The notes beneath the pieces are model-generated. The model had not been told where the DNA came from. It did not search any database and saw only the letters and a list, made by a program, of their open reading frames with translations. The position numbers and the translations under genes are program-made. Positions 9,501 to 18,885 of a stretch of DNA of 64,000 nucleotides are shown in pieces (the stretch's first letter is position 1; each line of letters opens with the position of its first letter). The stretch is from Bdellovibrionales bacterium (GTDB taxonomy: Bacteria > Bdellovibrionota > Bdellovibrionia > Bdellovibrionales > JAGQZY01): assembly GCA_964230645.1 (NCBI GenBank), contig CAXRHT010000002.1, positions 576,001 to 640,000 of the forward strand, written 5' to 3'.

Positions 9501-10616
9501 ATGTATTCAAATCACACGTGTCCTAGATGTGCTAATCCAATTAGCTTAGAAAGAATGCTCGGCAATGTTGTTGTCTGTTCCTGCGGTTGGAGTGGTGACA
9601 AATCTCATTTTGAGCCACCAAAGCGCAAACTTCCCATCAAAAAAGCAATGTATGGTCTATTGATCGCCGGACTGATCTACACAGGTGTAGAAGGTCGTAA
9701 ATGGGGAAAACATTTTCCTGAGCGTGTGTACTATCAAACAATTAGTGCTCTTAAAATGACAACAGCCAAAGACGAAGCTCGTATGGCGACTGTCTGTAAA
9801 GATATGAAAAAACACAAATGCGCCGCCGATGCTTACACAAAAGCTCTAGCAAAGGCCCCTAAGTCCTATAATCTAGCGGGAGCCTTAGGTGTTGAGCTCT
9901 CTCGCATCGGAGAGCATGATCGCGCGATTTTAACCTTTCAAAATTTCTTTAGCCATGAAGACGGAAACGATGTGCACAAACAGCATTTCGCAAGATCCCT
10001 TTCAGAGAAAGAGTATATTGTTGACGCCACCGAGTGGTATTACAAAGCCCTTCAAGCCAATGCTAAAAACTTCGACGCTGCTAAAGAGCTTATTCAACAT
10101 TTGGTTAAAAATGAGCAACACGTTGAAGCTTTGAGTGTCATTGGTCACTACAATGTTCTTTTCCCTAAAACGAGAAAAGAGTGGGCTAAAACCACGGACC
10201 AAGTGAAACAAGCTTATAACGACTACACCAGTAAGTATGCCATTGAAGAAATTAAAATTGCTGGAATTAATAAGTATCTTCATGCACCAGTAAAATTTGC
10301 GGGCCATAAAGACACGCAACTTTTTATGGTCGATCCTGAGTCTGAGTTTCTAACTGTAGACTTAAAGCAGATCCAAGAAATGGGTCTTGACTATAAGGAT
10401 CTTGGTGAAAAAGAAGTTATGGCTACCAATGGTCGCTACCTTAAGGGTACGCAGATTGTTCTTCCTGAACTTAAAGTCGGCCCTTTTGCTTTACAAAATG
10501 TCAAAGCTATTGCCTGCGACCGCTGTGCTTTTATGCTAGGAAAAGATGTGATGAAGCGTCTTAACTTTAAAGCTCAAACCAACAAGGGAATCAAGTATAT
10601 TACCCTTAAGCAATAA
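9501..10616 (+). CDS. Zn-ribbon / TM / TPR / retropepsin-like domain protein
   Basis: CPRC...CSCG N-terminus, one TM, TPR-like helices, C-terminal FMVDPES...LKVGPFALQNV...MLGKDVM resembling a clan AA aspartic protease fold. Confidence 0.75.
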   Translation: MYSNHTCPRCANPISLERMLGNVVVCSCGWSGDKSHFEPPKRKLPIKKAMYGLLIAGLIYTGVEGRKWGKHFPERVYYQTISALKMTTAKDEARMATVCKDMKKHKCAADAYTKALAKAPKSYNLAGALGVELSRIGEHDRAILTFQNFFSHEDGNDVHKQHFARSLSEKEYIVDATEWYYKALQANAKNFDAAKELIQHLVKNEQHVEALSVIGHYNVLFPKTRKEWAKTTDQVKQAYNDYTSKYAIEEIKIAGINKYLHAPVKFAGHKDTQLFMVDPESEFLTVDLKQIQEMGLDYKDLGEKEVMATNGRYLKGTQIVLPELKVGPFALQNVKAIACDRCAFMLGKDVMKRLNFKAQTNKGIKYITLKQ

Positions 10617-10640
10617 ATATTAAATTAAAATTAACTCTTC

Positions 10641-10673
10641 AAAAAGCCCAAGATCAACTTGGGCTTTTTTTTT
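10641..10673. terminator. Bidirectional intrinsic terminator
   Basis: AAAAAGCCCAAG-ATCAA-CTTGGGCTTTTTTT between convergent genes. Confidence 0.85.
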
Positions 10674-10992
10674 AGCTGGTTACTTTTAGTCCCACAATCG
10701 AAACAATTAGCATAGATAAAAACAAAAGTTTTGATAACGGCATGGGCTCTTTGAATAGGAGTACACCCACTGCCACCACACCGAATGTGCCAATTCCCAC
10801 CCAAACAGCATAAGCTGTGCTTATGGGAATGTACTGACAAGCTCTAGCGAGAAAATACATACTGGCTGCTAAAAAAATGAGTGTAACAAGACTTGGAAGA
10901 AAGTTTGTCCAACCTTGAGTTCTCTTTAAACCCAAGGCCCAACAGATTTCAAACAAACCCGCTAAAAAAAGATAAAACCACGCTCCTGACAA
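10672..10992 (-). CDS. gdx: SMR-family guanidinium exporter Gdx (SugE)
   Basis: 106 aa, 4 TM, WFYLFLAGLFEICWA, TAYAVWVGIG; preceded by a guanidine riboswitch and AAGGAGG RBS with TTG start. Confidence 0.92.
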   Translation of the reverse strand: MSGAWFYLFLAGLFEICWALGLKRTQGWTNFLPSLVTLIFLAASMYFLARACQYIPISTAYAVWVGIGTFGVVAVGVLLFKEPMPLSKLLFLSMLIVSIVGLKVTS

Positions 10993-11014
10993 AAGGACCT
11001 CCTTAAATTTGAAG

Positions 11015-11055
11015 GCGTCGTCTTGTCTTGACCGGGTACGGCGCGTCTCGTCCGG
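11015..11055 (-). ncRNA. Guanidine-III (ykkC-III) riboswitch
   Basis: Minus strand CCGGACGAGACGCGCCGTACCCGGTCAAGACAAGACGACGC closely follows the ykkC-III pseudoknot consensus (two ACG motifs, CCGG/CCGG stem) and lies directly upstream of an SMR gene. Confidence 0.92.
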
Positions 11056-11092
11056 AGCCCCAGCTTGCGATCAAACGGGGGCAAAAAATGAG

Positions 11093-11437
11093 TTAATATG
11101 GGAGTCTGGACTTAATGTATTGGACCATCTCAGAGCCAAAAACTTTCTGAAGTCTTTTCTCTGGAGGTGTATTAATAAGGTCAAAAACGCGCTTTTTTAC
11201 TTCCGGATGCTTTTGACTGAGAGCCGAAGACATCCCAACAAATAAGGCTTCAGCAGGGTGCTCAAAGGCCCACTGCACATTTTTTTCAAGCTGAACTTCT
11301 TTTGAAATCACTTTGGCTTTTCGTTTTACTTTCTTTTTATCCACATCGACCATATCTTCCATTGTGGCTGATTGCCTTTCTTCAGGCTCGTTGGTTCGGT
11401 CTTCAACATCCATATGTAACGTATCGTCTTTTTTCAT
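11093..11437 (-). CDS. Hypothetical protein
   Basis: 114-aa ORF with GAAGGG RBS; no recognisable motif. Confidence 0.6.
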   Translation of the reverse strand: MKKDDTLHMDVEDRTNEPEERQSATMEDMVDVDKKKVKRKAKVISKEVQLEKNVQWAFEHPAEALFVGMSSALSQKHPEVKKRVFDLINTPPEKRLQKVFGSEMVQYIKSRLPY

Positions 11438-11675
11438 TGAATTATCCCTTCATTCTCAAACGCCACACTACCCTATTTTTTCTCGTTTGTAATTGTTTAG
11501 TATTTCAAGAAAGTGTGGATTTTTGGAAAAATCCTTTTTGAAATTTACTTTAGACCCCTTTTGTAATTATTTTATCCCACTACCCCCCTTACTCTTTATA
11601 AATCCTTCCTACCTTCACAGAAGAAATGCCGGGGTCAACGGCCTAATGCTAGACCCTTTGGTTGTAGGGGAAAAA

Positions 11676-12812
11676 ATGATTCGTTTTATCTTTCTGATAT
11701 TGAGCTTTAGCATGAGTGCTGGAGCGGCCCACGAGGTCGCCTTTGACGAGGTATGGAAACTCAATGACTCCCATCCCTTAAAAAAAGATTTGGATCTGAG
11801 TCTTTATATTTCTGAGCGCTCGGATTGGAGGAAATCAAAGATCAAGTCTCGCCTTTTGAGAGCCAATGAAATTCTCAATACTTGTGAGGTTCAGATCGCA
11901 AGGGTCTATGTGCATTCCTGGCTGCCTTCAAACCCTTTATTAAGACTTGATGAGTATATTTCTGAAAGCAAACACTACGATGGTCTTCGGCACGCCTCAT
12001 ACAAATCAAGAAAAGTAACAGACCTGCAACTCTTTTACTTTAAAGACTACTATGAAGGGATGACTAGCGGCCCAGCTCTTCCTTTAGCTGTTTATCCCAG
12101 TGAAAGAATTGAGCCTGTGACCTTCAATACCGCTTGGTTTCCTTATCTTTCAGCCCAAAGGCTACGCCCCCAGGGTTTTAAATACAACGAAGAGGCCCAC
12201 GAAATAGGACATATTCTCTTACAAACGGGACACACCCATCATGAGCATGAAAATATCCTGGCCAATGAATCTGAAAAACGTCGACCTTTGTTTTTGCCCC
12301 ACCAGTGCAATAAACTCCGCCAGCACCCGTCTTTAAAAGAGGGTTTGAAAGAAAAGGTCTACCCGCTCTTTGCCAGCTACTTCCATACATACTCTCGCGA
12401 TTTCTATATGACCGACTGGTGCTCACGCAACACTCAAAACCTAAGCCAAGCCTTGCATTCTCTTTTTGCAAAAGAAGATTTAAACGCCAAGCAGGTGTTT
12501 CTAATGCACAAGGAGGAAGGACGCTCACTTTATCCTCATCAAGCTCGAAAATTTATCTCGGGCTGGCGCTTTCATTCTTTTTTACTTTTAGACAACAACT
12601 GGGTTCTTGATTTGGACTACGGGAAAACTCCCCAAATAATCCCATTTAAACAGTATCTTACTTCAATGTTTGAAGAAGAATTCCAGGAACTAAAATATAT
12701 TCTCGTTGATCCGGCCGAAAATAGGGCCATCACCTACCACGAAGTATCAGCCCTTTTTTCCGCAAGGTCCTCAAAAAATATTTTGCAAACGAAAGACCTC
12801 TTCTATCAGTAA
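11676..12812 (+). CDS. Secreted two-domain protein: HExxH zinc metallopeptidase-like plus Cys-His-Asp glutamine-amidase-like domain
   Basis: Start reassigned to ATG 11676 (AGGGG RBS, signal peptide); AHEIGHILLQTGH; C-terminal WCSRN...WRFHSFLL...VLDLDY. Confidence 0.65.
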   Translation: MIRFIFLILSFSMSAGAAHEVAFDEVWKLNDSHPLKKDLDLSLYISERSDWRKSKIKSRLLRANEILNTCEVQIARVYVHSWLPSNPLLRLDEYISESKHYDGLRHASYKSRKVTDLQLFYFKDYYEGMTSGPALPLAVYPSERIEPVTFNTAWFPYLSAQRLRPQGFKYNEEAHEIGHILLQTGHTHHEHENILANESEKRRPLFLPHQCNKLRQHPSLKEGLKEKVYPLFASYFHTYSRDFYMTDWCSRNTQNLSQALHSLFAKEDLNAKQVFLMHKEEGRSLYPHQARKFISGWRFHSFLLLDNNWVLDLDYGKTPQIIPFKQYLTSMFEEEFQELKYILVDPAENRAITYHEVSALFSARSSKNILQTKDLFYQ

Positions 12813-12815
12813 GAT

Positions 12816-14132
12816 CTAGCACCCCCCCTGATTGTACTCTGGATATTTGTCTTTAAAGTAAGGGCAGATTTTGTTGTAAAGAATTTCAGTGAACTTCCGA
12901 GCTCCTGGTTTGGTGTAGTGAACGTAGTCATAATAATAAAGGGAGTCTTTGGGCATAAGCTTTGCCATATCGACTAGCTTCACCTGCGAGTCCCGAGCCA
13001 CCTTTCTTATAATATCGTTATAAGTTTCAAGCATGGTCCACATTTCATTTCCTGTAAGGCCTTGGCCCCACCCCACGTTGCCCGCTTGTAAGATCATACG
13101 ACCGAGGTTTACCCCTGTTCTCGGATCTACCGCCGGACCAAACAAGGCCGGCTGAGTGAGAAAAATGGGCTCTGAGCCTGCTTTGCGCGAAATAGCAATA
13201 AGTTCACGGAGGTTTTCCTCAACCCTCACTTGATTCTTTTTTTGTTTCGCCAATTCTTTTTGAACAAAGGCCATATTGTCATCGCGAGTCTCAAGTTTTT
13301 TTAAATGAACCTCATACTCATCGAGTTTTCTAAAATCAGATGTGTCGAATCCTTTTTCATAAAACTCAGGGAGGTAATGATGGCCTAGGTTTAACGACTC
13401 CGCCATTTTTTGCCTATACTGCTCTGAGAGATAGAGAAAAGTGAGAGAAAAGTCCCGGTAACGGTGAAAAAAATTGAAGAGTTTAAAGGTGAAGCTTTCA
13501 AACACCGCTTCAAAAGGCAAATTACTCACCTTCTTAACGTAATTCTCACCGGGCTTACTCCCATAATCGATGGGATTTTCTTGGCTAAAATAGTAGTCGT
13601 TCTGCTCGTTGGCGCCAATGAGAAACAAGATCACGTCAGGACTGACTCCCTCTGTGATAAAGTTTTTTAGAAAATCAATATGACCTTGAGTGGACTGACC
13701 ATCCACACCGGCATTCGCAAACCAGAAAGGTTCATAAATTTCATCCAACTTTTTGCCTAAAAGATCGACCCAGGTGGTGCCATCGCTTAAAACGATACAA
13801 GCGGTTGTGCTTCCCCCCATAGCCATAAAACTAAAACGGTCTTTGAAACTTTGAGGTGGGTCTTCCCCTCTCATCCCCAATCGATTCGTAGTAAGTGTGA
13901 TAATAGGATCAACTTTTTGGCTTGAGACATGCGGGACTTTGAAGCGAGAGCGGTTATCGACTTGTTGATCCTTGTTGGCTTGGTTTTCCATATAAACCTG
14001 AGGATCAAGTCTCGTTTGAAAACCAGTAAGAGAAAGGATCCCTTCGGTGGCTAAAAAAATGAATAACAGAAGGCCAATAAAAACAGAAAGATTGATGACT
14101 ACAATTTTTAGAAGCTTTTTAAGGGGCCGCAC
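12816..14132 (-). CDS. SGNH/GDSL hydrolase family protein, membrane-anchored
   Basis: N-terminal TM; blocks GGSTT, NAGVDG, IGANE and DYVHY. Confidence 0.85.
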   Translation of the reverse strand: MRPLKKLLKIVVINLSVFIGLLLFIFLATEGILSLTGFQTRLDPQVYMENQANKDQQVDNRSRFKVPHVSSQKVDPIITLTTNRLGMRGEDPPQSFKDRFSFMAMGGSTTACIVLSDGTTWVDLLGKKLDEIYEPFWFANAGVDGQSTQGHIDFLKNFITEGVSPDVILFLIGANEQNDYYFSQENPIDYGSKPGENYVKKVSNLPFEAVFESFTFKLFNFFHRYRDFSLTFLYLSEQYRQKMAESLNLGHHYLPEFYEKGFDTSDFRKLDEYEVHLKKLETRDDNMAFVQKELAKQKKNQVRVEENLRELIAISRKAGSEPIFLTQPALFGPAVDPRTGVNLGRMILQAGNVGWGQGLTGNEMWTMLETYNDIIRKVARDSQVKLVDMAKLMPKDSLYYYDYVHYTKPGARKFTEILYNKICPYFKDKYPEYNQGGC

Positions 14133-14141
14133 TGTTGAGGC

Positions 14142-14633
14142 TTAAATTCCGATATCAGACAGAGCTTTTGAAATGTGGGTCACACCATGATTGTGCATCC
14201 AAGCATTGACTTGTGAGATAAAAGACTCTGTCGCACTTTCCTCTTCCTCTCCAAAAGAAGCATCAAAGTACTGCAACAAATCTTTTTCGGTGACGATCCC
14301 AGCGACTCGGCCATCTTGAGTGAGCACAACTGAGCCCACCTGGTGATCCACCAACTTTCCAAGAAGCTCTTTGCGACTCTCGGTGACCTCCGCTTTAATC
14401 ACGGGCTGAATCATCACCTCTTTTACTTTTATATTTTTTAAAAGCTCAGAAAAACTCTCATTTCTGTCTTGAACTTCTTTTCTAGCTAGAAAATCGGTCA
14501 CATCTGTTTTTGAAACCATCCCTATAAGCTTACCCTCTTCCACGATGGGCACATGGCTAATAGAATTGTGCTGAAAGCAACTCAGAAGTGTTTTCAGATC
14601 ATCGTTTCTCTCTAGTATAATGACTTCACTCAT
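14142..14633 (-). CDS. CBS-domain pair protein
   Basis: ISHVPIVEEGKLIGMVSKTD and VGSVVL...GRVAGIVTEKDL. Confidence 0.9.
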   Translation of the reverse strand: MSEVIILERNDDLKTLLSCFQHNSISHVPIVEEGKLIGMVSKTDVTDFLARKEVQDRNESFSELLKNIKVKEVMIQPVIKAEVTESRKELLGKLVDHQVGSVVLTQDGRVAGIVTEKDLLQYFDASFGEEEESATESFISQVNAWMHNHGVTHISKALSDIGI

Positions 14634-15433
14634 AGGGTCTCCCAGAAGCTTTGTAGTTCAGTGGCCAACCTCTTCGGGTTTTCCATATTCATCGAATGGC
14701 CTTGATTGTCCATGACTTTAAGTTTGGCATTGGGTAGACGCTCTTTATTTTGTTCCGCCATTTCCATTTTCAAAACTTCGTCTTTGTCCCCATGGAGGAT
14801 AAGGGTCGGTAGACTGATCTGATCCATTTTTGCAGTGATATCAATTTGATCACTCAGGACATCGATCACACCTTGCCACATGGGGTTATCACAATTCCAG
14901 GTGATATTAAAAAGCTTGGTAAACTCCTCGGAGGTTGGGTCGCATCCATCGATGGTTGCTGCTAAAACACCGCGAGCGTACTCTTTGTCAACCGACATTT
15001 TTCCAAAGTGAGCGAGCACTTGGTTTTTAGGAAGTTCTAATTCGAGCCCTGTACCGCCGACCGAGTCTAAAAGTGTCAGGCTTTTGAAAAGTTCTGGTTT
15101 CTGTAAAACAGCCATCATCGCGATCAACCCACCAGTGGAATGACCCACTAAATGGACCTCGCTCATCTTTTGATCTTCAATCAAGTTCACAACATCAGAC
15201 GCGCAAGTTTCAAAATTAATTTCAAGGAAACTTTCAATTCCTTTCGATTCCCCGTAACCGCGCCAATCCGCAGCCACCATAGAACCTTCTCCTTTATTCT
15301 GACTAAGAATCTCCATGGTGGGATACCACCACTCTTTGGAAGCGAGATTGCCGTGAATAAAAAAGACGTTGCGTGAGCTTCCATCGACTTTTGTGTAAGC
15401 GATGTTAAAGCCATTGCTATCGAAAGTGGCCAT
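14630..15433 (-). CDS. Alpha/beta-fold hydrolase
   Basis: FIHGN, DWRGYG, GHSTGG nucleophile, HGDKD, GHS; start at ATG 15433 with GAGGAG RBS. Confidence 0.9.
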   Translation of the reverse strand: MATFDSNGFNIAYTKVDGSSRNVFFIHGNLASKEWWYPTMEILSQNKGEGSMVAADWRGYGESKGIESFLEINFETCASDVVNLIEDQKMSEVHLVGHSTGGLIAMMAVLQKPELFKSLTLLDSVGGTGLELELPKNQVLAHFGKMSVDKEYARGVLAATIDGCDPTSEEFTKLFNITWNCDNPMWQGVIDVLSDQIDITAKMDQISLPTLILHGDKDEVLKMEMAEQNKERLPNAKLKVMDNQGHSMNMENPKRLATELQSFWETL

Positions 15434-15471
15434 TTTTTCTCCTCGAACCAAAAGTTCGGTTTGGTAGTTTC

Positions 15472-16221
15472 CTAAAGAGTCATGCCGCCATCAACACTTA
15501 GGACGGTTCCATTAATATAGGAGGCCGACTCGGATGCCAAGAACATACAGGCTTGGCTAATGTCCTCAACACTCCCCAGTCTTTGCACCGGAACCTTGTC
15601 GGTCATCGACTTTAGGACTTCTGGCGGCATAGCCGCTGTCATCTTGGTTTCAATGAAGCCCGGAGCAATGGCGTTACTGGTAAAACCTTTTCGCCCCAGC
15701 TCCTTGGCCCAAGTTTTAGTCAAACCAATAACTCCGGCTTTAGCCGCTACGTAATTGGTTTGACCAAAGTTTCCATAAAGTGCCACGACACTCGACATAT
15801 TAATAATGCGGTTATTTTTTGACTCGGCCTTAAAAGACTCTTTTGTGATAAGGGCGTGGGTGACATTAAAAAGACCCGTAAGATTGGTGTCGATCACTGC
15901 CTTGAAGTCGTCATGCGTCATCTTTTTAAAACTTTTATCTCGAGTGATTCCAGCATTGTTCACTAAAACATCAATGTCTTTACACTCAGAGGCTGTCTTC
16001 TCACACATTTCTGGATTCGTGACATCCACAGCAAAAGTCTTAAGTTGTGAGGAATACTGGGAGAGTTCCTTTGTGGCCACATCCAAAGTTTCTTGGTTGT
16101 AATCCCAGATCACAACATTGGCTCCCGCTTGTAAGAAATTTTTGGTGATCGCAAAACCAATCCCTTGCGCCCCACCGGTCACGAGTGCTGTCTTGTTACT
16201 GAAATCAAAATTGGATGCCAT
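15472..16221 (-). CDS. FabG/PhaB-like short-chain 3-oxoacyl reductase
   Basis: TGGAQGIG, NNAGITRD, GNFGQTNYVAAKAG (YxxxK), APGFIET. Confidence 0.92.
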   Translation of the reverse strand: MASNFDFSNKTALVTGGAQGIGFAITKNFLQAGANVVIWDYNQETLDVATKELSQYSSQLKTFAVDVTNPEMCEKTASECKDIDVLVNNAGITRDKSFKKMTHDDFKAVIDTNLTGLFNVTHALITKESFKAESKNNRIINMSSVVALYGNFGQTNYVAAKAGVIGLTKTWAKELGRKGFTSNAIAPGFIETKMTAAMPPEVLKSMTDKVPVQRLGSVEDISQACMFLASESASYINGTVLSVDGGMTL

Positions 16222-16362
16222 GGAAGTCCCCCTTCAAAGATTTTGTCTATTACATAGGCGTTGCAAGCCGCCCATGGACGAAACAATTTGTTATTTCTGT
16301 TTGAGGAAATTGTCAAACTTTTGCCAATGGTTTATAAGCCAGACTCTTGCGGGGGGATTAGT

Positions 16363-17373
16363 ATGCATTCTATGGCCTCGGCCACAATCAAAAGTGTGGC
16401 CCACTATGTACCAGAGAGATTAGTAACCAATCAGTATTTCAATGATCTTTACAACAAAGACATCGATACTTTTTTAAAAGAAAGACGCAACATTCATCAG
16501 CGTTACTTTATGGCCGAAGACCAAGCCACATCCGACTTGATTGTTCCTGCCGCCGAAAGAGCTCTAGAAAAAGCAGGGCTTAAGCCCGATGATCTGCAAT
16601 TGATTATTGTGGCGACCGACACACCTGATTATGTTTCACCAAGTACTGCGGCTGTCGTGCAACATAAGCTCAAAGCCACAAAGGCCGGTTGTTTTGACAT
16701 GAACTCGGCTTGTGCTGGTTTTGTTACCGCCCTTGATATGGCCAACAAATACATTGTGGCTGATGAGTCCTACGAAAACATTCTGGTGGTGGGTGCTTAC
16801 GGGATGAGTAAGTTTTTAGATTGGGATGACTATAAAATCGCTTCGATGTTTGCAGATGGTGCTGGCGCTTGTGTGGTGAGCCGTAATTCAGGTAAGACCA
16901 AAGGCTTTATGGCATCGGAACTCTACGCTGATGGTCAGTACCATGATTATATGGGAATCTATAGTGGCGGAACTTTTGAACCTGTCACTCAAGATTCTAT
17001 TAAGAACAAACGTCACTTGCTAAATTTTGCTAAAAAAATTCCTGTCGAAACAAACGCTGTGCATTGGCCAAGGCTCACTCATAGTATTCTTGATCGCATT
17101 AAGAAAAAGCCAAGCGAGATTGATCATTTCTTCCTCACCCAACTGAATATCGACACCATCAACGCCGCACTCGACTCTTTGGGGCTCCCTCACGATAAAT
17201 CTCACAACGTGATGGATCAATTCGGTTATACGGGAAGTGCTTGCATTCCCATGGCGCTTTCCGACGCTTGTGAAAAAGAAAAACTCAAAAAAGGGGACCT
17301 TGTTTTTATGCTGGGCTCTGGAGGCGGAATGTCGATGGCAGCCCTTGCTCTTGAATGGGGTTATGACACATGA
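16363..17373 (+). CDS. FabH/KAS III-like thiolase-fold enzyme with non-canonical His/Asn positions
   Basis: DMNSACAGF, FADGAGA, LTQLN (usually HQAN), FGYTGSA (usually GNTxxA), GSGGG; start at ATG 16363 after a GGGGGG RBS. Confidence 0.88.
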   Translation: MHSMASATIKSVAHYVPERLVTNQYFNDLYNKDIDTFLKERRNIHQRYFMAEDQATSDLIVPAAERALEKAGLKPDDLQLIIVATDTPDYVSPSTAAVVQHKLKATKAGCFDMNSACAGFVTALDMANKYIVADESYENILVVGAYGMSKFLDWDDYKIASMFADGAGACVVSRNSGKTKGFMASELYADGQYHDYMGIYSGGTFEPVTQDSIKNKRHLLNFAKKIPVETNAVHWPRLTHSILDRIKKKPSEIDHFFLTQLNIDTINAALDSLGLPHDKSHNVMDQFGYTGSACIPMALSDACEKEKLKKGDLVFMLGSGGGMSMAALALEWGYDT

Positions 17374-18875
17374 TCCATGAAGCTCATGCGGACTGGTTGG
17401 GGCGCTGGAATCTCTATTCTCCCGATCAAGTGGCTTTTAAAGATGTGGTGCAGTCAAAAAGCTACACCTATGCCGAGTGCTTTCGGATTGCCAATGGCCT
17501 TGTGCCCTACTTAAAAAGCTTGGGGGTGAAAAAGTCCACCCGAGTGGCCGTTTTTGCCCACAATCGCATTGAGACACTATTGTTATTTTTTGCATTACAA
17601 AGAATGGGAGCCATTTTAGTTCCGATAAACTTTCGACTGGCTCCCTCGGAGACGGACTATGTATTGAGTGACTCCGGCTCTGAGATCCTCTTTTTTGACC
17701 CCGAGTTTGCAGAGCTTGTCGATAAGCTTCGCACTCCCGTTAAGGCTATTAAAATGGCAGCTTTAAAAAAAGAATGTGAGTCAGCGTCTCAGTGCCAAGA
17801 GGTATTTCCCTTTCTAGGAGAATTTGAAGAGGCTTGTAAAATTCTTTACACCTCGGGTACAACAGGCTTTCCCAAAGGAGTGGTAATCACTCCAAAAATT
17901 CTTTTTTGGAATGCGGTGAACACCTCGCTTAGTCTCGATATCAAGTCCAATGATCGCACCGTTAATTTCTCTCCCTTTTTCCATACGGGTGGTTGGAATG
18001 TTTTATTAACGCCCTTTATCCATCAGGGTGCCACGGTTATTTTACTTCCTAAGTTTGATGCCGACCATGTGCTTAGGCTTTGTGAAACAGAAAAAGTGAC
18101 CCTGTTTTTTGGCGTTCCTACCACCCTAGGGATGATGGCGCGCTCTGAAAATTTTGAAAAAACCGATCTCTCCAGTGTTCGCTACGCCATTGTGGGCGGT
18201 GAGCCCATGTCTTTAAACATGATCCAACTTTGGCACAAAAAAGGAGTCGCTATTAGGCAGGGTTTTGGTTTGACCGAATGTGGACCCAATTGCTTTTCGT
18301 TAAGTGAAAAAGATGCTGAAGAAAAGATTGGTTCTATTGGGCGACCTAATTTTTATGTTCAAACAAGAGTTCTCAGTGAAGAAAATAAGGACGTGGAAGT
18401 AGGACAGGTGGGAGAGCTTCTTTTAAAAGGCCCCATGTGTATGACTCAGTACTGGCAGAACGAGGAAGCCACAAAAAATAGTTTCTTTGAAGGATGGCTC
18501 CGAACCGGAGACCTGGTTAAGCGAGATGAAAGTCACTTCTTTTATGTCGTGGGTCGAAAGAAAGAAATGTTTATCAGCGGTGGCGAGAATGTCTACCCGG
18601 CAGAGGTTGAAAAAGTGATCAGTCGTCACCCGGAAGTCAACGAAGTGGCCGTCCTTGGTGTGGAGGATCCACAATGGGGCGAGGTTGGTAAGGCTTTTAT
18701 CGTCTCTAAACACAAAAAAGAATTGGCCACGGAGGAATTGGTCAATTTTTGTAAAGAGCATTTGGCCAAATATAAAATCCCTAAACAGTTTGAATTTCTA
18801 GAGGACCTTCCCAAAGGAGATTCAGGAAAAATCTTAAAGAAAAATTTAAATCCAAGAACCCAAACACAATTGTAA
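17370..18875 (+). CDS. Acyl-CoA synthetase / AMP-ligase (MenE/FadD-like)
   Basis: YTSGTTGFPKG, GFGLTE, TGDL, GRKKEMFISGGENVYP, YKIPK; ATGA overlap with the upstream gene. Confidence 0.93.
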   Translation: MIHEAHADWLGRWNLYSPDQVAFKDVVQSKSYTYAECFRIANGLVPYLKSLGVKKSTRVAVFAHNRIETLLLFFALQRMGAILVPINFRLAPSETDYVLSDSGSEILFFDPEFAELVDKLRTPVKAIKMAALKKECESASQCQEVFPFLGEFEEACKILYTSGTTGFPKGVVITPKILFWNAVNTSLSLDIKSNDRTVNFSPFFHTGGWNVLLTPFIHQGATVILLPKFDADHVLRLCETEKVTLFFGVPTTLGMMARSENFEKTDLSSVRYAIVGGEPMSLNMIQLWHKKGVAIRQGFGLTECGPNCFSLSEKDAEEKIGSIGRPNFYVQTRVLSEENKDVEVGQVGELLLKGPMCMTQYWQNEEATKNSFFEGWLRTGDLVKRDESHFFYVVGRKKEMFISGGENVYPAEVEKVISRHPEVNEVAVLGVEDPQWGEVGKAFIVSKHKKELATEELVNFCKEHLAKYKIPKQFEFLEDLPKGDSGKILKKNLNPRTQTQL

Positions 18876-18885
18876 GGAATTAATA

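Noticed and set aside
11493..11675. Upstream extensions of called ORFs (11493, also 16261, 25640, 25783, 36348)
   Set aside because: Downstream ATGs have a better RBS and/or signal peptide; the extensions overlap promoter-like intergenic DNA.
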